This document shows positions 19,638 to 28,646 of a stretch of DNA of 39,413 nt, one piece after another; within the stretch, counting starts at the first letter, position 1, and every line of letters starts with the position of its first letter. A model generated the notes under the pieces. It was not told the origin of the DNA, ran no database searches, and worked only from the letters and a program-made list of their open reading frames with translations. Position numbers and translations under genes: made by a program. Location: assembly GCA_018674095.1 (NCBI GenBank), contig JABHAX010000055.1:1-39413 (forward strand), given 5' to 3'. This DNA is from Fidelibacterota bacterium (GTDB lineage: Bacteria; Fidelibacterota; Marinisomatia; Marinisomatales; UBA1611).

Positions 19638-22364
19638 ATGACACCTAATAAAACTAACCGTAAACGATTTTTTATAATTGATGGGTATGCACTTCTTTAT
19701 CGCTCCCATTTTGCATTGATCCGAAATCCACTTATTACGAGTTCTGGACTTCACACCAGTGCCTTATTTGGATTTGTCAATCAAGTATTGAAACTGATTA
19801 GATCTGAAAATCCTGACTATTTCGCCTGTGCCTTTGATTCCAAAGAAAAGACATTCCGTCATGATATGTATAAGGAATACAAAGCAAACCGTTCACCCAT
19901 GCCGGATGAAATGCAAGAGCAATTACCTCATCTATGGGAAATGCTAGAATCCATGAATATACCCGTATTGAAAAAGCCTGGAGTTGAAGCGGATGATATA
20001 ATTGGTACATTGGCAGTGCAAGCAGATAAGGCTGGATTAGATACATTTATCGTGAGTAGTGATAAAGATTTTATGCAACTCATGAATGAACATATATTTA
20101 TGTTCGCTCCTAGAAACCGGAAATCTCCAGGTCCAATCATTTATGATCCTAAAAAAGTAGAAGAAAAATGGGGTGTTCCACCTAACAAAATAATTGATTT
20201 ATTAGGACTCATGGGAGACAGTTCCGATAATGTTCCTGGTGTTGCAGGTGTGGGTGAAAAAACTGCTGTAAAACTCATTAAGGCGTATGGGTCATTGGAA
20301 GGAGCTCTTGAAAATGCCGATAAAATAATGAATAAACGAGTTCACTCAGGATTAAAAGACGGCGTTGAAAAAGCCATTCTCAGCAAAGAATTAGTTACGA
20401 TTCTTACCGATGTTAAACTGGCATGTGAAGTGAATGAATTAAAAAAACGAGAAATGGATATAGATGCTTGTACGGAAAAATTCACAGAATTGGAATTCCA
20501 CGGTTTGGTTAAACAATTGGCAAAAGATTCAAATTATGAAGTAAAGACTTCAATTCCCGCTATTAAAAAGGATTACAAAACAATTTTATCTGTGAATGAA
20601 TTGGATGTTCTTGTTAAAGGATTGAAAAAAGCAGATAGATTTTCATTTGATTTGGAAACAACTTCTGTTCATCCTATGCTTGCCAAAATTGTTGGATTAA
20701 GTTTTTCTACCCAAGCTAATTCAGGTTCGTATGTTCCAATCAAATACCTTGAAAAAGGGAAAAGCAATTTTGGCGAAGATGATTTAACAATCGTTTTAGA
20801 TAAACTGAAACCTATTTTAGAAGATGATTCAGTAAAAAAGACCGGTCAGAATATTAAATATGATGCTTTAATTCTGAAACGATTTGGGGTCATAGTTAAT
20901 GGAATTGATTTTGATACAATGGTTGCTGCTCATTTATTAAATCCTACAGCCCGTTCCATCAAACTGGAAACTTTGAGTTTAGAATATTTGAATTATGAGA
21001 TGGTGCCCATTGAAGAGTTAATTGGAAACGGTCGAAATCAAATTACAATGGATTTGGTTTCATTAGAAAAGACGGCCTATTATGCGATTGAAGACGCGGA
21101 TATTGCATTTCAACTCACGGAAATATTCGAAGAAAAATTAAAAGAAGCCAACTTGCTTGAATTTTACTCAAGCATCGAAATACCATTAATTCCCGTTTTG
21201 ATAAATATGGAATATGAAGGCACATTTGTTGATGCTGATTTCTTAAAAAAAATGTCGATTGAAATCAGCAAAAAATTAGATGGACTTATTTCAGATATTC
21301 ATCGATTAGCCGGAACTGAATTCAATATTAACTCTACTCAGCAGTTGGGAACAATTTTATTTGATATTTTAGGGTTACCGCAATTAAAGAAGCGAAGTAC
21401 AGCAGAACCAATTTTACAAAGATTAAAAGATCAACATGAATTGCCCAAATATATTCTTGAATATAGAAAAAATAATAAACTCAAGAATACTTATGTTGAC
21501 GCACTACCTGATTTAATTAATGAAAATTCGGGTAGAATTCATTCTACATTTAATCAAACGATTGCAGCAACGGGGCGACTTTCCAGCACAAACCCAAATT
21601 TCCAAAACATTCCAATCAGAAGAGAAGAAGGACGGGAAATCCGAAAGGCTTTTCGTGCCCAAACGGATGGATGGAAAATATTATCAGCAGATTATTCTCA
21701 AGTAGAACTCAGGGTTATGGCACATATTAGTCAAGATCCAGCCTTAATTGAAGCTTTCAAAAATGGAGATGACATTCATACGCGAACGGCAAGTCATGTT
21801 TTTGGAGTTCCCATTGATTCCGTTTTACCAGAAATGCGACGAACGGCAAAAGTAGTTAATTTTGGAATCATGTATGGTGCAGGACCATTTCGAATGAGTC
21901 AAGAATTGGGAATTCCAAGACAGGAAGCAGTTGCAATTATTGAATCTTATTTTGAACAATATGCTGGAATTAGAAATTATATTGATTCTACTATAGAAAA
22001 AGCCCGAACAGATAAATATGTGGAAACTCTATTGGGGCGACGACGTCCAGTTTGGGATGCAGATTCTGAGAATGGACTCCGTCGACAAGCTGCAGAACGA
22101 ATGGCAATTAATATGCCAATACAAGGTTCTGCTGCTGAAATGATAAAAATAGCAATGTGCTCAATTCACCAAGAATTAATTAATAATAAAATGGAATCAA
22201 AAATGATTCTTCAAATTCATGATGAACTTTTATTTGAATACCCTGAATCGGAAGAAAACGATTTATTAAAATTGGTAATAGATAAAATGGAAAATTCCAT
22301 GAAGTTGTCTGTACCAATTGTGGTGGATTATGGAATTGGTGATAATTGGTTTGAAGCGCACTGA
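19638..22364 (+). CDS. polA: DNA polymerase I
   Basis: 5'-nuclease domain (FFIIDGYALLYRSHFA, GDSSDNVPGVAGVGEKTA), 3'-5' exonuclease (FDLETTS), polymerase motifs DYSQVELRVMAH, RRTAKVVNFGIMYG and QIHDELLFE. The ATG at 19638 gives the canonical N-terminus; the TTG at 19545 is less likely. Confidence 0.95.
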   Translation: MTPNKTNRKRFFIIDGYALLYRSHFALIRNPLITSSGLHTSALFGFVNQVLKLIRSENPDYFACAFDSKEKTFRHDMYKEYKANRSPMPDEMQEQLPHLWEMLESMNIPVLKKPGVEADDIIGTLAVQADKAGLDTFIVSSDKDFMQLMNEHIFMFAPRNRKSPGPIIYDPKKVEEKWGVPPNKIIDLLGLMGDSSDNVPGVAGVGEKTAVKLIKAYGSLEGALENADKIMNKRVHSGLKDGVEKAILSKELVTILTDVKLACEVNELKKREMDIDACTEKFTELEFHGLVKQLAKDSNYEVKTSIPAIKKDYKTILSVNELDVLVKGLKKADRFSFDLETTSVHPMLAKIVGLSFSTQANSGSYVPIKYLEKGKSNFGEDDLTIVLDKLKPILEDDSVKKTGQNIKYDALILKRFGVIVNGIDFDTMVAAHLLNPTARSIKLETLSLEYLNYEMVPIEELIGNGRNQITMDLVSLEKTAYYAIEDADIAFQLTEIFEEKLKEANLLEFYSSIEIPLIPVLINMEYEGTFVDADFLKKMSIEISKKLDGLISDIHRLAGTEFNINSTQQLGTILFDILGLPQLKKRSTAEPILQRLKDQHELPKYILEYRKNNKLKNTYVDALPDLINENSGRIHSTFNQTIAATGRLSSTNPNFQNIPIRREEGREIRKAFRAQTDGWKILSADYSQVELRVMAHISQDPALIEAFKNGDDIHTRTASHVFGVPIDSVLPEMRRTAKVVNFGIMYGAGPFRMSQELGIPRQEAVAIIESYFEQYAGIRNYIDSTIEKARTDKYVETLLGRRRPVWDADSENGLRRQAAERMAINMPIQGSAAEMIKIAMCSIHQELINNKMESKMILQIHDELLFEYPESEENDLLKLVIDKMENSMKLSVPIVVDYGIGDNWFEAH

Positions 22365-22405
22365 TTGGATTAGGATTATGCTCGCCGAACAAAATGGCGG
22401 GTAAA

Positions 22406-22458
22406 ATTAGAATTAAGAATTAGGAATTAAGAATAGGAATTAGGGTTAGGATTATGGA
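22406..22458. repeat. degenerate tandem heptanucleotide/hexanucleotide array (TTARGAA)n
   Basis: Reads attagaa ttaagaa ttaggaa ttaagaa taggaa ttaggg ttagga ttatgga. An 11-bp direct repeat TTAGGATTATG occurs at 22370-22380 and 22446-22456. Confidence 0.6.
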
Positions 22459-22500
22459 AAATGTAAAAAGGAAGAAAATTCACTTCATAGCAAATAAATA

Positions 22501-23427
22501 ATGGAAGCAAGCATAACACTTAAAAAAGTTGGAAAACTCATCGGCGATAAAACGATTCTTGCCGGATTATCTTTCGGTGTAGAGCGGGGAAGTCTCGTGG
22601 CAATTGTGGGTGTAAATGATACGGGGAAATCGTCATTACTTAAATTATTATCTGGATTTGAAAATCCAAATTATGGTCAAGTTTTTATTCATGGTTTAGA
22701 CATGGAAAAACGACGTTGTGAAACGCGCCAACTTATAGGATATGTTCCTCATGATAATGATTTAGATCCTTGGTTAACTCTGGAACAAAATATTCGTTTT
22801 ACTGCAAACCTTTATAAAGTTGGTAAAGCAACGGCTTCATCTCTAATTGCTAAATATTCAAAAGCATTGGGACTTTCACCGTATTTAAATAATTACGCCA
22901 TGAATGTATCAAATGGAACTCAGAAAAAAACAATGTTAATACGGGAATTGGTTCACAATCCTGATGTACTCATTTTAGATGAACCAACCGGTTATATGGA
23001 CGCAGAATCGATCCGCCATACTTGGGATTTGCTGAAAGAATTAAAAGGGGATAAAACAATTATTTATGTGAGCAATTCTCTCACAGAAATTGAACAAGCT
23101 CATGATCGGATTTTAGTTTTTCATGATGGACGTATTCTCATGGATGGGCATTTAGACAAACTTTTGGAAAGCACCTTAGATTACCATCAATTTCAGGTAG
23201 AGTTTATTAATTTGACTGATGATTTATATAAAAAGCTTTCTAATGTTGCCACGGTTGTGTCACCGAATAGACTGGATAATATTTTCCATTTTTATGGTCG
23301 AACTCGAACTGTCTTCTTTGATGTTATTCGTGCAGCATCAGACGAATTAATGGTGGATTTAAATGTGAAAAAATTGGGGCTTCGTGATCTTCTAGATTCT
23401 GAATTTGCCGGAAAGGGGCTCGATTGA
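22501..23427 (+). CDS. ABC transporter ATP-binding protein (ABC-2 type) with degenerate catalytic motifs
   Basis: Walker A GVNDTGKS, Walker B VLILDEPT, and a C-terminal extension typical of ABC-2 ATPases. The Q-loop position reads H (YVPHD), the signature reads VSNGTQ, and the H-loop position reads N (YVSNS). Confidence 0.88.
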   Translation: MEASITLKKVGKLIGDKTILAGLSFGVERGSLVAIVGVNDTGKSSLLKLLSGFENPNYGQVFIHGLDMEKRRCETRQLIGYVPHDNDLDPWLTLEQNIRFTANLYKVGKATASSLIAKYSKALGLSPYLNNYAMNVSNGTQKKTMLIRELVHNPDVLILDEPTGYMDAESIRHTWDLLKELKGDKTIIYVSNSLTEIEQAHDRILVFHDGRILMDGHLDKLLESTLDYHQFQVEFINLTDDLYKKLSNVATVVSPNRLDNIFHFYGRTRTVFFDVIRAASDELMVDLNVKKLGLRDLLDSEFAGKGLD

Positions 23428-24173
23428 TTTACGCACTTTTAATGCGACGAATTTGGCTATGGCAAAATCGCTTACTTTTTAGCATAGTTTTGCTATTGGC
23501 GCTTCCAGTTTTAATATATGGACTCATCTCAGTTTCATTTAAAAATATTATGGTTCAAAGTTTGTCCGGAGTTCCCTTTGATATTTGGGTTATTCCGGGT
23601 CTTATTTTTATTATTTCATCTCTTGGACTTTTTCCATTATTATATCGAGATTTTTTCGACCTTAGGATTCATAGAAAAGTTTTAGTGAATGTGGCACTTG
23701 CTCCTTATCGAAAACGGGAGTTAATAGGCGGATATTTATGTGTGGCAGGAATTGAAGCCTTCTTAATTGGAATAATCTCCCTGTTAATTATATCAGGTTT
23801 CACAGCTTATTCGTACTCTTTACTAGAAAGTTTTGCCTTGTTATTATGTCTTGTTTTATATTTATTTTTATTAGGGAATTTATTCATTTCCATGGGATTG
23901 CTCATAGATACAGTTACAACCTTATTTTTAATGACGGCATTAAATTTTATTTTTTTAATATTTGGAAATGGATTTATAATTGAGTTTGGTTTTTTCCCAG
24001 TGAATCTTGCAACATTTTTGAAATGGCTACCTTTATCAATTCCATTCCAAATATTTCAATTATTTAATCAAACTGGCTTAATGGATTGGGCCCTTTTCGC
24101 AGGATTAACAATTTTTGGATTGTTATGGACTTTGGCAAATACCAGTATTCTTAAAAGGAAACTCCAACATTGA
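23424..24173 (+). CDS. ABC-2 type transporter permease
   Basis: 249 aa with about 6 TM helices. TTG start overlaps the ATPase stop (TTGA). The assignment rests on position and topology. Confidence 0.7.
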   Translation: MIYALLMRRIWLWQNRLLFSIVLLLALPVLIYGLISVSFKNIMVQSLSGVPFDIWVIPGLIFIISSLGLFPLLYRDFFDLRIHRKVLVNVALAPYRKRELIGGYLCVAGIEAFLIGIISLLIISGFTAYSYSLLESFALLLCLVLYLFLLGNLFISMGLLIDTVTTLFLMTALNFIFLIFGNGFIIEFGFFPVNLATFLKWLPLSIPFQIFQLFNQTGLMDWALFAGLTIFGLLWTLANTSILKRKLQH

Positions 24174-24634
24174 TTGCATATTTATCAGGCGGAATGGAGA
24201 ATGCAAAAAATGAAGGTGCCGATTGGCGCACAGAAATGACAGATTGGTTAAAAGAAAACCTAAATCATGACGTGATTGATCCTGTCTTGGAATCTGAGAA
24301 AAGGGTGATTCAAATGGGTGCTGAAAATTATCGGGATTGGAAAACAACCGATCCTGCGAAATTCAAAGAATTCATTCGTATCTTGATTAATCAAGATTTG
24401 CGAGCTGTCATTGGGAAAGCCGATTATTTAATTGTCCTCTGGGATGAAAGTGTATTGTATGGCGGAGGAACACATGGAGAAGTCACCATAGCATATTGGG
24501 TAGATCGACCTGTATTTTTAGTAAATAAATTACCGTCCGAAAAATTGAGTGCCTGGATTTCTTCGTGTTCAACAGAAACATTTGATTCATTTGATTCATT
24601 AAGAGATGCACTATTGAAAGAATATCAATTATGA
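24170..24634 (+). CDS. nucleoside 2-deoxyribosyltransferase-like / YtoQ-like superfamily protein
   Basis: 154 aa. N-terminal IAYLSGGME...DWR and later ADYLIVLWDE...GGGTHGEVTIAYWVDRPVFLV resemble the Rossmann-like NDT/YtoQ fold pattern. Its TTG start overlaps the permease stop (TTGA) and its stop overlaps the alr start (ATGA). The family call is tentative. Confidence 0.5.
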   Translation: MIAYLSGGMENAKNEGADWRTEMTDWLKENLNHDVIDPVLESEKRVIQMGAENYRDWKTTDPAKFKEFIRILINQDLRAVIGKADYLIVLWDESVLYGGGTHGEVTIAYWVDRPVFLVNKLPSEKLSAWISSCSTETFDSFDSLRDALLKEYQL

Positions 24635-25740
24635 AAATTATTGGACCCAAAGCCTATATTCATACAGATCGACTCAAACAGAATTTGTGGAATATTCGCA
24701 GACATGTAGGTGATAGATCCATCATGTGTGTTGTAAAAGCAAACGGTTATGGCCATGGCGCTATTGAGATTGCAAAAGCGATACAACAGGAAGCGGGAAT
24801 CATTTTGGCCGTTTTTGCAATTGAAGAAGCTATTGAACTCCGAGAAAACGGGATGGAGAATGAGCTTATGGTTTTTTCCAGAATGCAAGCGCATTCTATT
24901 TCTAAAGCTGTAGAATTAAATCTTACGGTGAATGCTTGCGATATAAGTGACTTGGAAGCATTGACTCATTATAAATCATCCCAGAAGAGTGTCCCAAAAT
25001 TTCATATAAAATTTGATACGGGAATGACGCGACTCGGATTTGATATCAAAGATCAAGATGATATTTTTACTTTTATTCAAGAAAACGATTTGAGTCCGGA
25101 AGGAATTTATTCCCATTTTGCCACTGCAGATGAAGGGGATCTTTCTTATGCTGAATCTCAATTAAATGATTTTAACCACATCCTTGAAACAGCAAAAAAA
25201 TATCATATTAATTTTAATTATATTCATTGTTCCAACAGTGGCTCAATTCTGAATGTGCCGGAATCTTATTTTAATTTAATTCGTGTTGGGATGCTCATGT
25301 ATGGTGTGCCACCTTCAGAAGAAGTTTCTATGGATGTTCCTGTGGAACCGGTTATGAGTTTTTGTGGTCCCATTGTAAATGTCCGCAGAGTTAAAGCGGG
25401 GACGCAGATTAGTTATGGTGGCGTTTATACTACGGATAAAGAGACGAATATTGCTGTAGTACAAACTGGATTTGCAGATGGGTTTCCCCGTCCATGGTAT
25501 GAAAATGGATATGTAAGTTATAAAGGTCAGCATTACAAAATTGCAGGACGAGTTTGTATGGATCAACTCATGGTGGATTTTGGGGAAACGGAACCTAAAG
25601 AGGGAGAAGAAGTTTTGTTCTTCGGTAAAAAAGATGGTAATGAAATTCCCGTAGAAACAATTGCCAATGAAATCGGCACCACCACCTATGTTTTATTAAC
25701 TGCTATTCACGGCAGAACAAAAAGAATTGTAATACATTAA
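24631..25740 (+). CDS. alr: alanine racemase
   Basis: PLP-lysine motif VVKANGYGHG, plus SHFATADE, RVGMLMYG, ISYGGVY and VCMDQLMVD. Confidence 0.92.
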   Translation: MKIIGPKAYIHTDRLKQNLWNIRRHVGDRSIMCVVKANGYGHGAIEIAKAIQQEAGIILAVFAIEEAIELRENGMENELMVFSRMQAHSISKAVELNLTVNACDISDLEALTHYKSSQKSVPKFHIKFDTGMTRLGFDIKDQDDIFTFIQENDLSPEGIYSHFATADEGDLSYAESQLNDFNHILETAKKYHINFNYIHCSNSGSILNVPESYFNLIRVGMLMYGVPPSEEVSMDVPVEPVMSFCGPIVNVRRVKAGTQISYGGVYTTDKETNIAVVQTGFADGFPRPWYENGYVSYKGQHYKIAGRVCMDQLMVDFGETEPKEGEEVLFFGKKDGNEIPVETIANEIGTTTYVLLTAIHGRTKRIVIH

Positions 25741-25862
25741 TTTATTTTTCAGATAAAAATCATGAAGTTTGAGAATAAAATAGAAAGGCAGAATATAACC
25801 GTTTTAACGGTTTACAGTTATTTTGCTTTTAAAAACGAAGAATTAAGGGATTATTACTATTA

Positions 25863-26294
25863 TTAGTCTCGATGGTATTTGCTACCTTTCTTAATTGATA
25901 CTGCACGGAATAGTTGTTCTGTTAATACCATCAATGCCATTTCGTGGGGAAGCGTCATTTTTGAAAAGGAGATTAGATGATTGGACTTTTTTCTTATGAT
26001 TTCAGAATGGCCATCCGGTCCCCCAATAAAAAAGACTAAATCTCTCGTTTGTGAATAAAGGAATTTCGAGAATTCACGTGAGGTAAATTGCTGGCCTTCT
26101 TCCGATAAACAGACAGAAATAGAATCGGTAGAAATGTGAGCCAATTGTTTAGTTTCCACATCTTTGGGTTTTCCGTCCTTGATATGAATGATTTCAATCA
26201 AAATATCTTTTGAAACCCATTTTATATATTCATTAATTCTGTTTTGAAAAGCACTCTCTTTTATTTTCCCAACGACGATAATTTTAATTTTCAT
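25863..26294 (-). CDS. rlmH: 23S rRNA (pseudouridine1915-N3)-methyltransferase
   Basis: 143 aa SPOUT protein with MKIKIIVVGKIKE, FFIGGPDGHS, LPHEMALMVLTEQLFRA and a KYHR C-terminus. Confidence 0.9.
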   Translation of the reverse strand: MKIKIIVVGKIKESAFQNRINEYIKWVSKDILIEIIHIKDGKPKDVETKQLAHISTDSISVCLSEEGQQFTSREFSKFLYSQTRDLVFFIGGPDGHSEIIRKKSNHLISFSKMTLPHEMALMVLTEQLFRAVSIKKGSKYHRD

Positions 26295-26672
26295 TTATGG
26301 ATAATCTTCATGGTTTGGAATATCACCAGGCTTTTTTATCCAAGAGAGTCTTTTTTTTGTCCAGATATTTCGTTCTGGTGGATATTTTTCCGGTTCATCC
26401 AAACAGCCAATTGTGATATCCATCACATTTTTCCGGTTGGGATGCCTATAAGCGATAGATATTCCACAGGTATCACAATAGGTTCGGGCGGCGCGATTCT
26501 CGGCTGTATGGGTTGGGGGAGAGGTGTTGAATAAAATAGCATCCTTTTCAAAAATCGCCCAAGTAACGAAAGGAGAGCCCACCGATTTTTTACAATTATC
26601 ACAATGGCAATTCACCACCCTTTTGGGTTTTTTGCTTATGGAAAAACAGCCATCTTGAATATTCGTTTTCAT
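26295..26672 (-). CDS. GFA (glutathione-dependent formaldehyde-activating / CENP-V-like) family protein
   Basis: Cys motifs NCHCDNCKK and YCDTCG. The usual N-terminal CxC reads only GCFSIS. Abuts the rlmH start codon with no gap. Confidence 0.75.
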   Translation of the reverse strand: MKTNIQDGCFSISKKPKRVVNCHCDNCKKSVGSPFVTWAIFEKDAILFNTSPPTHTAENRAARTYCDTCGISIAYRHPNRKNVMDITIGCLDEPEKYPPERNIWTKKRLSWIKKPGDIPNHEDYP

Positions 26673-26998
26673 TCTTCTTTTTTGTTTTTGGGACTCCGAA
26701 CCCAGGAGCGGCGATTCTCAAATGATTCAATCTTGAGATTACCCCAATCTTCGATGATATCTTTCAATTGAGCGGATTGTTCGGGATGCTCACTGAGATT
26801 TGCATCAATCAAATTATTGAGTTCACCTTTTCTTGCCTGGACGTGACCATAAGAAACCACATCTGCATTAGCATCTTCATCTTTTTGAGCTTCCTTTTCA
26901 GCAAGGTCAGAATCCAATTTTGCACGTTTTTTTTCTCGTTTATCTGTTAATCCGTAAATCAAAATTCCTACGAGTATAACCGTAATTAAAATTTCCAT
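26669..26998 (-). CDS. hypothetical membrane-anchored protein (109 aa)
   Basis: N-terminal TM helix (MEILITVILVGILIYGL) followed by a charged, probably helical region. Overlaps the GFA gene by 4 nt. No family recognised. Confidence 0.45.
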   Translation of the reverse strand: MEILITVILVGILIYGLTDKREKKRAKLDSDLAEKEAQKDEDANADVVSYGHVQARKGELNNLIDANLSEHPEQSAQLKDIIEDWGNLKIESFENRRSWVRSPKNKKEE

Positions 26999-27010
26999 AA
27001 TTAGTCTCCC

Positions 27011-28540
27011 TTAAAATCCTGATCCATTCGGATCAATTCCCAAAATGCCAACCCAGTAAACCACAATAATAACGGATAACGCTAATAATGCAATTGGCCA
27101 ACCTATTGTTGCCATTCGAATAAAATCTTTCGATTCCAATTGTCCACTGGCATACACAATGGAACTAGCTGGTGTGCCAATCACGAGCCAATAGGCCATG
27201 GATGTGGCAATGGCCAAACCTACACCCACAAGAACTGGATTTGTGTTAGATGCGACCGCCATATCTAAAACAACAGGGCCAATCACAGCAACGGTTGCAC
27301 CAGCACTCATAAGATTGGTAAGAACCGCTCCAATTGCGCACATGAGAATCACAAGTCCAACGCCTGAATCGAGTCCTAATGGCGCCACTATATTCATAAT
27401 TTGGTCAGCAAACCAACTGGATGCGCCTGTCACTTTAAAAACAGTTCCAAGGCTAATACAGCCGGCATAAAGGACAATAACGCCCCAACTGACTTTATCT
27501 TCATAATCTTTCCAGGATGTGAGTCCACAGAGCATATAAAGTACAGCGCCAGAAATAGCAATCCCGCCAAGACCTAGCGAAAATCCCAATAGATCAGCCA
27601 CTAAAGTTTTATCTGTGATCCATAAGAAAACTACCAATCCCATAATGGCAGCAACCAGTTTTTGTTTGCCAGTCATAGCGCCATGTTTATCTAAATCTTT
27701 CTTCAAAAAATCAACAGCTTCACTTAAATCATCTACTTCCGGTTTAAAGAGCAAGGGCAGGAGAAATGCCATGACAGCTGACATAATTACGGTATAAGCA
27801 ACGCCCATCATAACCCATTGCATAAATGAAACATCAATATCCATATTGCTGAGAAATCCGATCATAAGTGCATTTCGTGCGCCACCGGTTGGGCTCATGG
27901 GTCCACCAATCATACAACCGACCGCAATGGTAATCATGAGTAAAGTGCCTAATCTTGGCGCCGGTGTTGATTTATTGGTTAATGTATAAAGTGCCATGGC
28001 GATAGGAACATACATGGCAGCCACGGCATGTTCGCCTACAAATGCAGTTGGGATTGCCGTCCCAAGTAAAATACCAATCACAATCATTCTCGTTTTAGTG
28101 CCGGCAAGATTGACTACCAACATTCCCACACGTTTATCCAATCCATATTTTACCAGCGTTGCGCCCAAGGCAAGCGATCCTGCAATAAACCAAACTGCAT
28201 CATGTGCATAAGTAATTGCAATCATTTTCGGGGCTGTGATCCCAAAAAAGAGTTGGACGAGTCCAATTAATAGTGCCACTGCAGGCATGGGGACAGCTTC
28301 CGTGGCAAAGAAAACCACACAAGTTGCCAGTAACGCCATAGTGAGTTGAATGTGATTTGCCTTGATGGAAACATCAATCGTCGGATCATTGCCAAAAAGA
28401 TCTTGAGCTTTTTGGGTAATAGATTCAGGCGTAGGAAGGATGAATGCTATAAGGACAAAAACGAAAAGTCCAATTCCAAGCCATTTGAAATCGGTTGTTT
28501 TGGCGAAACCGCCACTGTTATTATTATTTGAATTGCTCAT
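27011..28540 (-). CDS. ion-transporter superfamily permease (SLC13/DASS-like anion:Na+ symporter)
   Basis: About 12-14 TM helices with paired hairpin-like motifs GGPMSPTGGARNAL and VIGTPASSIVYASG. I prefer the ATG at 28540 (MSNSNNNN...); the TTG at 28579 is the alternative. Confidence 0.75.
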   Translation of the reverse strand: MSNSNNNNSGGFAKTTDFKWLGIGLFVFVLIAFILPTPESITQKAQDLFGNDPTIDVSIKANHIQLTMALLATCVVFFATEAVPMPAVALLIGLVQLFFGITAPKMIAITYAHDAVWFIAGSLALGATLVKYGLDKRVGMLVVNLAGTKTRMIVIGILLGTAIPTAFVGEHAVAAMYVPIAMALYTLTNKSTPAPRLGTLLMITIAVGCMIGGPMSPTGGARNALMIGFLSNMDIDVSFMQWVMMGVAYTVIMSAVMAFLLPLLFKPEVDDLSEAVDFLKKDLDKHGAMTGKQKLVAAIMGLVVFLWITDKTLVADLLGFSLGLGGIAISGAVLYMLCGLTSWKDYEDKVSWGVIVLYAGCISLGTVFKVTGASSWFADQIMNIVAPLGLDSGVGLVILMCAIGAVLTNLMSAGATVAVIGPVVLDMAVASNTNPVLVGVGLAIATSMAYWLVIGTPASSIVYASGQLESKDFIRMATIGWPIALLALSVIIVVYWVGILGIDPNGSGF

Positions 28541-28646
28541 AAGTGGATGAAATGTGGTGAAATTTTGTCTTAAAATCAACCGTAGAATTAATCATTGAGT
28601 TTCTTATTTAGAATTCATTGCTTTCCGATTAATTTTGACCGACATA

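Noticed and set aside
22406-22458. The TTAGGG/TTAGGA units resemble eukaryotic telomere repeats, and a short CRISPR-like array was also considered.
   Set aside because: The units are only 6-7 nt, degenerate and directly tandem without spacers, so this is not a CRISPR array. The array sits inside an otherwise bacterial gene context, so it is neither a chromosome end nor eukaryotic contamination.
25797-25812. AACCGTT-tt-AACGGTT palindrome between the convergent alr and rlmH genes could be a bidirectional terminator.
   Set aside because: The effective stem is only about 5 bp once a viable loop is allowed, and it is not GC-rich. The flanking T/A runs are short. It may be functional but is not supportable from sequence alone.
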